Shown here: one piece after another, positions 1 to 10,046 of the stretch
How the letters are laid out: each line of letters opens with the position of its first letter
Numbering within the stretch: the first letter of the stretch is position 1
Assembly (NCBI GenBank): GCA_026025075.1
Contig: JAPEUI010000140.1
Location: 1 to 38,603 of the forward strand
Source: Vezdaea acicularis
Lineage: Eukaryota
DNA length: 38,603 nt
Direction of reading: 5' to 3'
Position numbers and translations under genes: made by a program
The notes under the pieces: generated by a model
Told to the model about the DNA's origin: nothing
The model's database searches: none
Seen by the model: the letters and a program-made list of their open reading frames with translations, nothing else

Positions 1-658
1 GTCCCGGGCAGCTGCGATGGGGCACGAGGCGGTGGTGCGGCTGCTGCTGGCGCGGAGCGACGTCGAGGCCGGCTCGAAGGATAACGGGGGGCGGACCTCG
101 CTGTCCTGGACGGCTGCGATGGGGCGCGAGGCGGTGGTGCGGCTGCTGCTGGCGCGGAGCGATGTCGAGGCCGACTCGAAGGATGACGAGGGGCAGACCC
201 CGCTGTCCGGAGCAGCTGAATGGGGGAAGGAGGCGGTGGTGCGGCTGCTGCTGGCGCGGAGCGACGTCGAGGCCGGCTCGAAGGATAATCGGGGGCGGAC
301 CCCGCTGTTCTGGGCAGCTGCGATGGGGCGCGAGGCGGTGGTGCGGCTACTGCTGGCGCGGAGCGATGTCGTGGCCGACTCGAAGGATAACGAGGGGCGG
401 ACCCCGCTGTCTTTGGCAGCGTGGGATGGGCACGAGGCGGTGGTGCGGCTGCTGCTGGCGCAGAGCGATGTCGAGGCCGACTCGAAGGATAACGGGGGGC
501 GGACCCCGCTGTTCTGGGCAGCTGTGATGGGGCACGAGGCGGTGGTGCGGCTGCTGCTGGCGCGGAGCGATGTCGAGGCCGACTCAAAGGATAACCAGGG
601 GCAGACCCCGCTGTCCTGGGCAGCTGCGATGGGGCGCGAGGCGGTGGTGCGGCTGCTG
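1..658 (+). repeat. Tandem array of 102-bp high-identity ankyrin-coding repeats
   Basis: The motif gaggcggtggtgcggct recurs at 26, 128, 230, 332, 434, 536 and 638, an exact 102-bp period. Much more GC-rich than the flanking DNA. Confidence 0.97.
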
Positions 659-670
659 AGGGAAGTTTGA
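1..670 (+). CDS. 3' end of ankyrin-repeat protein (5'-truncated by window edge); probable sensor domain of a fungal NLR-like protein
   Basis: Frame is open from base 2 to TGA at 668-670. About 6.5 copies of a 34-aa ANK consensus (GxTPLxxAAxxGxEAVVRLLLARSDVEADSKD). The NLR assignment is inference because the N-terminal part is outside the window. Confidence 0.9.
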   Translation, partial: SRAAAMGHEAVVRLLLARSDVEAGSKDNGGRTSLSWTAAMGREAVVRLLLARSDVEADSKDDEGQTPLSGAAEWGKEAVVRLLLARSDVEAGSKDNRGRTPLFWAAAMGREAVVRLLLARSDVVADSKDNEGRTPLSLAAWDGHEAVVRLLLAQSDVEADSKDNGGRTPLFWAAVMGHEAVVRLLLARSDVEADSKDNQGQTPLSWAAAMGREAVVRLLREV

Positions 671-847
671 TTTCCTGAAGAAACAGACCTGCCACCCCAC
701 CCTCCACCATAGATTTTAGTGCTTCTTATCTCTATCCTCTAACAAGATTGTAGCGAGTTCTCGAGCATTCGGGATTGCTTACCAAAGATTTTTAGACTGT
801 TTACCTATCATTTGTCAGCAATTCTTCTATCACATAACTTAGTGTTC

Positions 848-1790
848 TCACCTGGTCACAGTCAACAAAAAGCCTTGAAGGTTCAGATCGACGGGCAACT
901 TAGGTTTTGCAATCTAGCTGAGGATTGTTATCCTAATCTTACCTGAGTAGTGTTAGTCTTACAAGAGATCCTAAAAGCTATCCTTGACCCGTCTTTTAAA
1001 ATATCCAGACCGAGAGGGGTTTGACATTGGAGGGCGAGCATAGACCTCAGCACTATTGAGGGAAATGTGCCTAAGGCTCGGAAACCGAAGTGGACAAGCA
1101 AAACCAAGTAAACCGTTGAGCCACTTCATGATATTAAGGTGATCTGGGTTGATGCAGAAGCGGACAGCCTTCTCGTTAGCTTACAAGATGATGTGTGGCT
1201 CGTTCTTTGCGCAGAAACTATAAGATATTTGGGTCAATAAGGGCTTGTAGGACAGCAATAAAAGGGACTGACAGGGGCTACAACTTATCTGTGGCCTCTC
1301 GAATCAATAGCCGTTTAGGGCAAGTCAGCTTTGTCGATTTAAATACTAGAGACTGATTGTGCTCCAGCCAACGGAATCAAGGATAACACTCTTCAAGAGA
1401 CACCTCTGGACGCCTTTTCTCTCTCTGGACATTGTTGTGAGTTGCTATTCGAGAAGGGTTTATTCGCCAGTAAAGCTTGTTGTAAAGTACCACCCTTTGT
1501 CAGTTGGCTCATCTTCGACCACTTTGCCCTTTCCATTCGTGAAACGTGTTTAAATAGGCTAAGGATGCTCAGTTGAGACCTGAACACATCCGCGAGAAAA
1601 AGTTACTCTGTGGTAGACAATCAGGGTATCAGGACTAGAAGTATCATATTCATCCCTTAATATCCTACATAAGGGTCAGCAATTATTTTTAAATTTTCCT
1701 ATGGGATGGCTACTTCTCTGTGGTGATTTTCTAAAAATGTGGAGTCTAAAGCAATGGCTATACGCATGCGCTTTGCTAGTCAATTTTCAT
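848..1790 (-). pseudogene. Possible decayed two-exon gene of unknown family
   Basis: ATG at 1790 starts MKID*QSACV*PLL*TPHF*KITTE (four in-frame TAG). A phase-compatible 49-nt intron follows (GTAGCC at 1713, GCTGAC branch, TAG acceptor at 1665), then a protein-like frame with many stops. No family recognised. Confidence 0.33.
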
Positions 1791-2003
1791 TTCATAAGGT
1801 TTGCTATCTTGAGTAAAGTACTATATTTGCTCGATTACAGGCGATTTCCGTGTAATTTCCGTGCAAACCGGGTAAAATCAATCGAAAGAACTTGTACAGT
1901 TCTTCTGAAAGGAAAGACGTAAAGAATTTTTTCAATCTCATTCTTTCAAGAGCCTGTACACCACTGTTGTAGTAATACACTTCATGTTTGGTATATAGAC
2001 TTC

Positions 2004-2820
2004 TTAGAGGAAAGAAGCCACCAATTCCAGAAAACCCGTTCTCAGTCGCTCCATCAGCTCCTCGTCAAGGTTATTTTGGAAGATTCCAGAGAGAACGTCG
2101 TAGAAGTTAAAGTTATCTTCCATTCGCAACTCCCATTGATCATTCCAGCAATCTTCCCATTCATATTGTTCCTCCTTGCCAGGAATCTTCTTCTTCACTG
2201 TTGTTATCATCCTTATCAGTGTCTAACTGTTCATATTCATGATCCTTAGACCTGATGGTGAGAGTGATTTCCCAGAAAATCTTCTCCACGACCAAACAAG
2301 TAGAATGAGGCTTCTTTGCTGCAAGCACTAGATTTTTGAAAAGGAGAGACTGGCGTGTTACACCAGCAAGATTCTGAGCTATCAAACCTTCTCCCTTTGC
2401 TGTTGAATCTGTATCCGTTGTTTTGTCGCCTGGGCAAAAAATTTGGCGATTGGCTCGGAGCGCTTTCGGTGAGTCTCCGGGCCGGTAGTGTCAACCACCC
2501 AGCGGCGGCTTTGTTAGGTTCATATTCGAACCAGTGTCCCAACCGCGGGTCAACTAACAAGGGAATTGCAAGTCACCAATCCACCGGGGAACAGAGTATG
2601 CGTTCCCCCAATCAATGATTCCACACAGCCTTCCATCCATTCCCACGAGAACTTCCTCAAAACTGTAATCCCCATGTGCAAGAACAAAAGGATTTTCTCC
2701 CTTCTGTAGTGGAATAGGATCACTTGGGATCTAGGAGATAAAAAGCAATAATTACTTATCTGTGGACTGGCTAATTTAATCTGGATAATGCTCGTTATTA
2801 TGACACAGTCTATCGCTACG
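2004..2820 (-). pseudogene. APH/choline-kinase-like phosphotransferase pseudogene (3' part)
   Basis: Minus strand reads LLLFIS*IPSDPIPLQKGENPFVLAHGDYSFEEVLVGMDGRLCGIIDWGNAYSVPRWIGDLQFPC*LTRGWD, containing the HxD and IIDW kinase-like motifs at 2668-2676 and 2608-2619. Stops at 2776-78, 2752-54, 2731-33 and 2554-56. It continues through frameshifts into ORFs 2161-2385 and 2004-2210. Confidence 0.75.
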
Positions 2821-2891
2821 GGGGACGTCGAAATCTACCACCATGTCCTCTATGGAACCTGGATGGACCAGTCCCTTGCCTATCAACCGAT

Positions 2892-3167
2892 ATGAGGAAC
2901 TCGAAACTTCTTAACCTACCTGTAGAGTTGATAAACAAGATCATTACCTCTTTAGCCAAGCTCTCTCGGTCGAACAAATTGGATGACCTAGATGAAACAG
3001 CCAGCCAGGATGTGATAGCTCTGGCTCAACCCTGCTCTAGTATGATCCTCATTTGCGGAAGCTTTTGTCAATCAGAGATAGGTGCAAAAGCAAGGCAGAA
3101 TGCATTAGATTGCGTGTCATCTGATAGTCTCAGATGCATGCCCAAGAGTTGCTTCTCTCATGATTGA
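2892..3167 (+). CDS. Short F-box-like ORF (fragment or micro-gene)
   Basis: N-terminal LLNLPVELINKIITSL...DVIALAQPC resembles the F-box consensus. Only 91 aa, with no recognisable substrate-binding domain. Confidence 0.4.
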   Translation: MRNSKLLNLPVELINKIITSLAKLSRSNKLDDLDETASQDVIALAQPCSSMILICGSFCQSEIGAKARQNALDCVSSDSLRCMPKSCFSHD

Positions 3168-3454
3168 GGGGGGTTTTCCAGCTGAGAATGCCATCCAACC
3201 CGACAAAGACTATTCATTCCCGAGGAAGGAGCTGAAATGACTTTACTAGCTTAGGGTAAAGTCGGTGCCTTTATGAAGGATACCATGTTAAATTAAATAA
3301 ATCAATGTGCGACATGTTGCTTCGCCTGCGGGATCTGGCAGGAGCGTTCTCATTGTGAAAAGGTACAAGTCCACGCTTGTCCCAACTTGAAGATTACGTG
3401 TATGGCTCAAACACTTCCAAACATCTATTATACAGGCTCCGTCGCCTTTCCCCC

Positions 3455-6400
3455 TCAATCCACCTCTGTCTCCCCCTTCTCCGCTCTCCTCTTCCTCCCC
3501 TTCTCACCCCTCTCTTCCTCAACTTCGTTCTCAAGCCTCTTTTCCTCTTCGCTTGGCGCATTTGGCCAACGCTCTCTATACTCCTTGCCCAACTCTCCAG
3601 CTTCTCTATCCCACTTTGTCAACTTATCCGCATAGTGCTTCACGTCCCGCTCATTATCTTCCTTCATCCGCTTCGTCTTCTCCAGATAAGGCCGCTGCAC
3701 GTCTTCGCTCGCCTGTCGCCACATCAGGCCCAGGGCAGCCCTGACTTCGTTCCTTCCCGCCTTCGCGTCTGGGTTTTTTGTTGCTTGTTGCCGGACCGCA
3801 TCGCATTGCGCTTTGCATGCAAACCAATGGTCTTTCTGGTAGAGCAAGAAGGGGTTCGCGCCACTCTTGCCCGGCTTTACGGGGCGATCGCCAATTTTGG
3901 AGAAAATATATTTACGAACAGCAGCTTCATAGGCCTCCATACGCTGGTCGCGCAAATCGAGGAGCTTTGAGGAGGCCGTCTCAGCCTTACGCTTGTGGCT
4001 AGGAGTGGGTCCGACGGGAGCGGTCTCGTAAGAGGCTTTCTGAGGGACGAGGGGTGTAGGGACTTGTATGGGCCCGAGCAGAGACGTAAAGACTTCGGAA
4101 GCGACACGCAAGCCTGAGAGGTAGGCGCCGTGAACGCTTGCCGGGTGTGTGCCGCATGTGTGTTCTCCAGCGAAAAAGAGGTTCCCGACTGGGCGGGCGA
4201 TGGTCTCGTAGTCATCTGGACGAGCTGTCGTCGCCACATACGAGTACGATCCATTCGCGAAGCGGTCTTTGCCCCAGCGGGTTATGATTGCTTCCGATGG
4301 CTCTGGTACGGGTATTGTGGGGAACATGTTGCCGAGCATGGTCGTGACTTCGCTAATGAGTTCCGCGTCTGATGCTAATTCTGTTTGGTGCGCAGCATCG
4401 CCGGCCATTAGGGCAACTATACAAGTTAGCAGATACATAAAGAGAGAAATATAGAATAGAACACAAATACCTAACATTGGTCGTCCACTTGTCTTGATGC
4501 AATTCCAGAAGAGATAGAACCGTCCTCGCCTCGACGCATAATCAGCTTGATTGAGGCTGTCAGGTCTGTCTGGATCTCGCAGAAGGCCGACCATATCTCT
4601 CTCTATATCCCAAAATGCAGAATCATAGACCAGAATAACCTTGTTCAGCGTACCAAATCCAAGTCTTTCAATAGCCTGCTCCTTCCAACCTGGGAGTGGA
4701 GGTTCAAAATCTACAGATTTTGCTTTCAGAACCCCTAGGGGCAGTGTCGATATGATCACGTCAGCCTGGACTATCTCCCCATTTTCGCATTCGATCTTGC
4801 TCGTTTGGCCCATTTCATTATCAGCCCTGTAGTGAATGCGCTTGACGATGCAATTCTTCCGGACATCGAGCTTGTTCGGAGCTAGCCACAATCCGCGTGG
4901 AACTTGTTGGTAGCCGCCGACTATTTGCGCGTGTTCCCCCTCAAACTCGTTCCCAATATCAAGGTCCCACCCACCCAAACTAAGGTCACGAACATTACTT
5001 GCGTTAGCATATTCTAAATTCGCAAAGTGCCAGTTCAGTAGACGCATATCTTGTGGCCGTAGCTCGACAATATCCTGATATTGTCTGACCGCCTCGTCCA
5101 TTGCCTTTCCTAATGATGGATGTGCTGATGATTTGACTGACGCGTCCAGATCCAAAGTTTGATTCGACAGTATAAAAGGTTTGATAGTCAGACCGACGGA
5201 TCTCGCGGTCTCGCTAGCCGGCTCCTTCTTAGCTGAGCCCATTGTCATATTTGCTCTACCAGTGAGCTTATCAACACTAACAGGCGTCGGCGCCATGAGA
5301 CCATTTCTTGCAGGCGAAAACCCGATTCCAGCAACGGGGATTAGACTTGCAGCATCTTCTAGGATACTCATAGGCTTGCCACCTTCGCCTGTTGGATCAC
5401 GGCCAAGCTCTATGAGTTCCTTGTCGCCTTCAATTATCTTCGGAATTGGCATTTTATGCCTGTATACGCTAGCTCGATCTAGGATATCATTATAAAGCCT
5501 CTCGATCTTCGTATCCTGAGCTTTGTCTACCGGCCTACCATTCGAATCGTAAAGGATTGCGTTATCCTTGAGGGAATGGTAACGAAGAGCGAGCTGTCCT
5601 CGAATGATAATGCTCAAGGGATTACCATGATCGAATCCAGTAATTATCTGAGCACCCATGTCTGCTGTACACCTAGAGCCATTTGGAAGGTCATGTGACT
5701 GCTTTTTTAATGGATGGGAATAGACTCGACCACCTATACGCTCCCTGCCTTCTAGAATGATTATATTCGGAGCATCCATTCCCTTTGACCCTAGACGCTC
5801 CTCAAACTGCTGGAACAGACCTTGGAGTTGCCTGGCACAACCCAATCCAGCCATTCCGGCACCAATTACCACAATGGTTTTACGCTCGCTTTTGATTGGT
5901 TCCTGAAGAATGCCTCCAAGACTGTTTGGGACTTCAACGCAACCGAAGTTAATGTAGCCAGACCGTACAAGCCACTCATAAGTTAATTCCGCCAAATCAA
6001 ACCAACGGTAATCTTTCGCACAGCCTGCAGCTTCCTCGCGAGTAACACTGACAAGCGGATTCCTGGTCCAGAGTCGGAGTATACCATTGCGAATGTTAAG
6101 GTAACTAGTGACTTGGAGATGATTCAAATGGCTTCGAAGAAGCTTGTGCTCCTCTTGATGGAGCCCGAACGGATTCAATCTTGACGCGTATGCCGCAGCT
6201 ATACATTGCTGAGCGTATTCCTCTGCCTCAAGGTCCGATGGAATTGACGTTTTCGGCCTAAAGTCGGCGCGTGACCTAAATGAAGAGCTATCTGGTACAG
6301 GTTGGACAGCCAGCGACTCTTTTGCCTCAGTGTTAGGGGCCTGTAACGCTGAGATTTCGGTCTTTAGCGCCGGTGTGTCGATCATAGTCGTGGAGACCTT

Positions 6401-7003
6401 TGAGGTCTCCGAAATTGGTGACGCGCCATTGCCGCGCTCGTGGAGCTCTTCCTTGGTATCTATGGTGACTAAGGAAGGCGCCTTCGCTCCATTTAATTTG
6501 GGTTCTAATACAGGTGCCTGCTGTGGCCCTGCCAAGGTTGTTAAAGCTGGTTCTGCACGCATCTGAGGCTGCGAATCAATACTAGGTTGCGGACCAGACA
6601 TCTGAGGAAAGTTTTCCAGATAGGTTGGTATTCCGTTACCCATCTGAGGATACCAATCGCCGAATGGGCCAGCAGACGGTCCATAAGCACCAGCCATTTG
6701 ATGGCCATCAAGCCCGGTGGACATCTCAAAGTCGCCGTAAGCTTGTGAGACGCCACTTGGGTCGAGACTTCCATACATGTTTAGCTGGGTATCCATATCT
6801 GAAAAAGAGGACGAAGTCGCTATGTCATGTGCCTGCATTGTGTTTGATTGCTGGTGCCCTTGTGCATCAGCAACAGATGCCAGTGCAGACATCGAAGAAA
6901 GGTTGCCATCATAGTAATTACCATCATTAGTCTGATTATTTGTATTATTTGAGGAATTTTGATGGCTGTCCATACGATGTCCTGATTGGCCTGGGTAGGA
7001 CAT
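3455..7003 (-). CDS. LSD1: Lysine-specific histone demethylase 1 (SWIRM + FAD amine oxidase + C-terminal HMG-box); intron 4417-4470
   Basis: SWIRM (YLNIRNGILRLW...WLVRSGYINFG), GAGMAG FAD motif, EGRERIGGRVYS, DMGAQIITG, LFFAGEHT...VHGAYLSG and HMG-like NPFLLYQKD. First ATG at 7003. The 54-nt intron restores PMLVALMAG. Confidence 0.93.
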   Translation of the reverse strand: MSYPGQSGHRMDSHQNSSNNTNNQTNDGNYYDGNLSSMSALASVADAQGHQQSNTMQAHDIATSSSFSDMDTQLNMYGSLDPSGVSQAYGDFEMSTGLDGHQMAGAYGPSAGPFGDWYPQMGNGIPTYLENFPQMSGPQPSIDSQPQMRAEPALTTLAGPQQAPVLEPKLNGAKAPSLVTIDTKEELHERGNGASPISETSKVSTTMIDTPALKTEISALQAPNTEAKESLAVQPVPDSSSFRSRADFRPKTSIPSDLEAEEYAQQCIAAAYASRLNPFGLHQEEHKLLRSHLNHLQVTSYLNIRNGILRLWTRNPLVSVTREEAAGCAKDYRWFDLAELTYEWLVRSGYINFGCVEVPNSLGGILQEPIKSERKTIVVIGAGMAGLGCARQLQGLFQQFEERLGSKGMDAPNIIILEGRERIGGRVYSHPLKKQSHDLPNGSRCTADMGAQIITGFDHGNPLSIIIRGQLALRYHSLKDNAILYDSNGRPVDKAQDTKIERLYNDILDRASVYRHKMPIPKIIEGDKELIELGRDPTGEGGKPMSILEDAASLIPVAGIGFSPARNGLMAPTPVSVDKLTGRANMTMGSAKKEPASETARSVGLTIKPFILSNQTLDLDASVKSSAHPSLGKAMDEAVRQYQDIVELRPQDMRLLNWHFANLEYANASNVRDLSLGGWDLDIGNEFEGEHAQIVGGYQQVPRGLWLAPNKLDVRKNCIVKRIHYRADNEMGQTSKIECENGEIVQADVIISTLPLGVLKAKSVDFEPPLPGWKEQAIERLGFGTLNKVILVYDSAFWDIERDMVGLLRDPDRPDSLNQADYASRRGRFYLFWNCIKTSGRPMLGICVLFYISLFMYLLTCIVALMAGDAAHQTELASDAELISEVTTMLGNMFPTIPVPEPSEAIITRWGKDRFANGSYSYVATTARPDDYETIARPVGNLFFAGEHTCGTHPASVHGAYLSGLRVASEVFTSLLGPIQVPTPLVPQKASYETAPVGPTPSHKRKAETASSKLLDLRDQRMEAYEAAVRKYIFSKIGDRPVKPGKSGANPFLLYQKDHWFACKAQCDAVRQQATKNPDAKAGRNEVRAALGLMWRQASEDVQRPYLEKTKRMKEDNERDVKHYADKLTKWDREAGELGKEYRERWPNAPSEEEKRLENEVEEERGEKGRKRRAEKGETEVD

Positions 7004-7534
7004 GGTTGCGACCGAGACGGACAAAGTCGACTACAGATGACTCTACCTGATAACTCCACACGATGTTGATAATGTACAGAAAGTAGACCTTATTCAAAAT
7101 AAAGTTAATCAGAGAGAGGAAAGAATCTGAAACGCTAATAAGATCAATTCTGGAATATCTTTTGATGCTCGCGCGCCAGTAAGCACGCATACTCATAGGG
7201 AGTGGGGAAGAAGCATGACCACCTACTTTGAACAATAGACGATTGCAAAATGAATGGACGTAAAGAAGACTTGATAGGTGTTGATTATCTCTCATTCTGT
7301 ACAGCGGTCAAGTTATGGTCAATATCAAGTGATTGACCTAGTGTCGCGAAGTAAATGAGCGTCGTCGATCGGGAGTTAGGGAAGGCCGAGGAAATGGTGC
7401 ACTTTGATTTCGCGCTAAACTGTGAAACACGTGCCTATAGTAAAGGGCATAATTAACGAGGCCACTCCCAGCACGACAACAAAGGAAATGTCCATCGATG
7501 GAGGGTGGATAGCTTATCAATTCTCCCTGTGAAG

Positions 7535-9184
7535 ATGAGATTGAGTCGTAGCCCTTTGGCAGCTAGAATCTTCCCGCGTTTGATTTGTCAATCATGTGCT
7601 CGCTCAATTGCCCGTAGAGCACGTACTTATGCGTCCCTAGCACCTGGAGCTCATGAAATATTTGACGTTGTCTGCGTGGGGGGTGGGCCAGCCGGACTAA
7701 GCTTTGTTACTGCTCTTCGTAAGATATCAAGCGTCCACAGTAAGCTGCATAGTCTGATTGGAAAGCAGGAGCCTCGCAAAGGACATCCAAGCTCAAGGTT
7801 GCCCTCATCGACAGCCAAGACTTGAGTCGCATAAGAGAATGGAAGCTTCCTCCAGACCAATTTTCGAATCGAGTCAGCTCTCTGACTCCATCATCTGTGG
7901 GGTTTCTAGAAGGTTAGGATATTTCATGATTAGATCTCATAACCTTGTTCTGACCGGAACTCTAGAAATTGGAGCATGGCAGCATATTATGCGCCCTCGA
8001 GTCCAACCTTACCATGGGATGCAGGTCTGGGATAGTCTCTCTGACGCTCGTATATCATTTGACAGAGGCTACCCAAATCCCCGCCGAAAACACAGTCCGC
8101 TCGGCGGGTCTATTGCATACATGTGTGAGAACCTCAACCTCACCTCATCGCTCTTGCGGAGGCTCGAGGAACTTCAAGGCCTTTCGATCTTTGACAGCAC
8201 TAAAGTTGATAAGATATCACTTGGGACAAAGACAAATTCTCTAGATCTACGTTCTTGGCCCGTTATTCGTCTATCATCTGGTCAAGAAATCGCAGCTCGC
8301 CTACTGGTGGGTGCTGATGGCGCAAACAGTCCAATTCGAGCATTTGCAGGGGTAGAGACGAGAGGATGGGACTATAATCGACATGGAGTTGTTGCTACTA
8401 TAAAGCTCGAGGACAATGCACGGACTTATGATGACAACAAGACTGCATATCAGCGCTTCTTACCTACGGGTCCTGTTGCGCTCCTTCCTGTGAGTAATCT
8501 CCTTTAATCAGCGGGCCATGGACCTAACCATATACTGTACTCTAGCTCCCTGGTCCCTATGCTACCCTTGTCTGGTCAACTCTCCCCTCCCATGCCGCAC
8601 ACCTCAAAAGCATTTCCAGCGAAGACTTCATCGCGATGGTGAACGCCGCTTTCCGACTTTCTCCTACGGACATTCGCTACATGCATACTCTACCTTCGGG
8701 GCAAGTATCTGAACTGTCCTGGCGATCTCAGCACAATAAATCCGCATCTCATCCCCTCGTTCCTCTATTAGCAGCCTCCGTACAGGAAGGATCAATTGCA
8801 TCTTTCCCGCTAAAGTACCGTCATGCGGACACCTATACTGGATCCCGCGTAGCCTTAGTCGGGGATGCAGCACATAGTATCCACCCACTTGCAGGCCAAG
8901 GACTAAACCAAGGTCAAGGGGATATCCAAGCGCTCGTACGGACAATCGAACATGCAGTTGACCACGGTGCTGATATCGGCGATCCTCTGGCGTTAGAGTC
9001 TTACGGCGCGGAGAGATATGCCGAAAACAATACCATCATGGGTATTGTAGATAAACTGCATAAATTGTATGCACTAGAGAGTGCACCGGTAGTTGCAGCA
9101 CGAAGCGTAGGGCTTAGTGCGGTTGACGCATTGGGTGGTCTGAAAGAATGGCTAATGAATAGGACAAGTGGAGCAGCCAAGTAG
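7535..9184 (+). CDS. COQ6: Ubiquinone biosynthesis monooxygenase; introns 7719-7768, 7913-7965, 8490-8545
   Basis: Arg-rich mitochondrial presequence, DVVCVGGGPAG, NRVSSLTP, LLVGADGANS, AYQRFLPTGPVALLP and GDAAHSIHPLAGQGLN. The introns join the frames correctly. Confidence 0.95.
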
Positions 9185-10046
9185 GCTTTTATGGCCTAGA
9201 GAGACCGATACTTTGTGCATATAAGAGCTATGTCACTTTCGAATCATTACGTGGGAGTCGTGAGAGGGTATGCGCTAGCCCTGTGGTCTGTGACTTTCTT
9301 GACCGTGGTGAATATTACTCATCAACAAAAGGACACCCTTTAGCCCAATAGTCCTCGTCATAGGTCATATGATATCCAATTGAACTCTGATGTCTCCATG
9401 GTAAGGAGTCTTCAGGACACGAAGCAAGCACCCCTCTAGATCATAATCATGGCCCTAATGTAATCCATTGGCTCTTATCTATGTCTAAGTAGTGGAATCA
9501 ATGGTAGCAGCTAGAGCAAGTGTGATCATAGACGTGTATCAGACTCTGGATGTGTGGGTGTTTCTCGTTTGCATGGTGTCAACATGCTTGAAGCTTTCTA
9601 GGGTCTGATGACTAGGCTGGTAAGACAAGCAGACGATGTGGAAACTGACACAGTGATAGTACTTGTTGCCAGCGTCGAGGTAAATATGGCACCTGTGCCT
9701 TGCACCTGGTCGAAGCACCCCATTAAGTACAAGATCTGATTTAGGTTGTAAGGTGCTTGTAATGAAGACGCATCCGCTAGAGTTGGGATTAGGCTATGGT
9801 ATATCTGGTAGGTGTCCATAGACCATTAGATAGCACTAGACCACTAAAGGAGAATATGTCCGTAAGCTAAATTCAGTGAACAATTGCGACCACGCTGCAG
9901 AGCTGAGAGCTGAGAGCTGACGACGATCAGGTGGGACGTGCGAATAAAATTTGGAGAAGCTTTAAGCTTAAACCCGGTCTTACATAGCGCGCTTTCAATC
10001 CACCCAATCATTGCTGCCGATTGCCCGGGTGTGCGCGTCCTCCAGC

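Noticed and set aside
162..535. Alternative-frame ORFs 162-527 (+) and 347-535 (-)
   Set aside because: Shadow ORFs expected from GC-rich, stop-poor repeats.
1..658. Regularly spaced repeats as a CRISPR array or DGR template/variable pair
   Set aside because: Units are contiguous in-frame ankyrin codons with no unique spacers, variation is not adenine-specific, no cas or reverse transcriptase gene is present, and the DNA is eukaryotic.
2554..2733. TAG-for-Trp codons as A-to-I editing-corrected stops
   Set aside because: The same gene also has TAA stops, frameshifts and a missing 5' half, so plain decay is simpler.
3377..3970. 197-aa hydrophobic antisense ORF
   Set aside because: Mirror of the Glu/Lys/Arg-rich LSD1 C-terminus, with a non-ATG start and no motif.
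9185..9900. ORF 9598-9819 (-) and neighbours as a gene or transposon
   Set aside because: No recognisable motif, terminal repeats or consistent exon chain.
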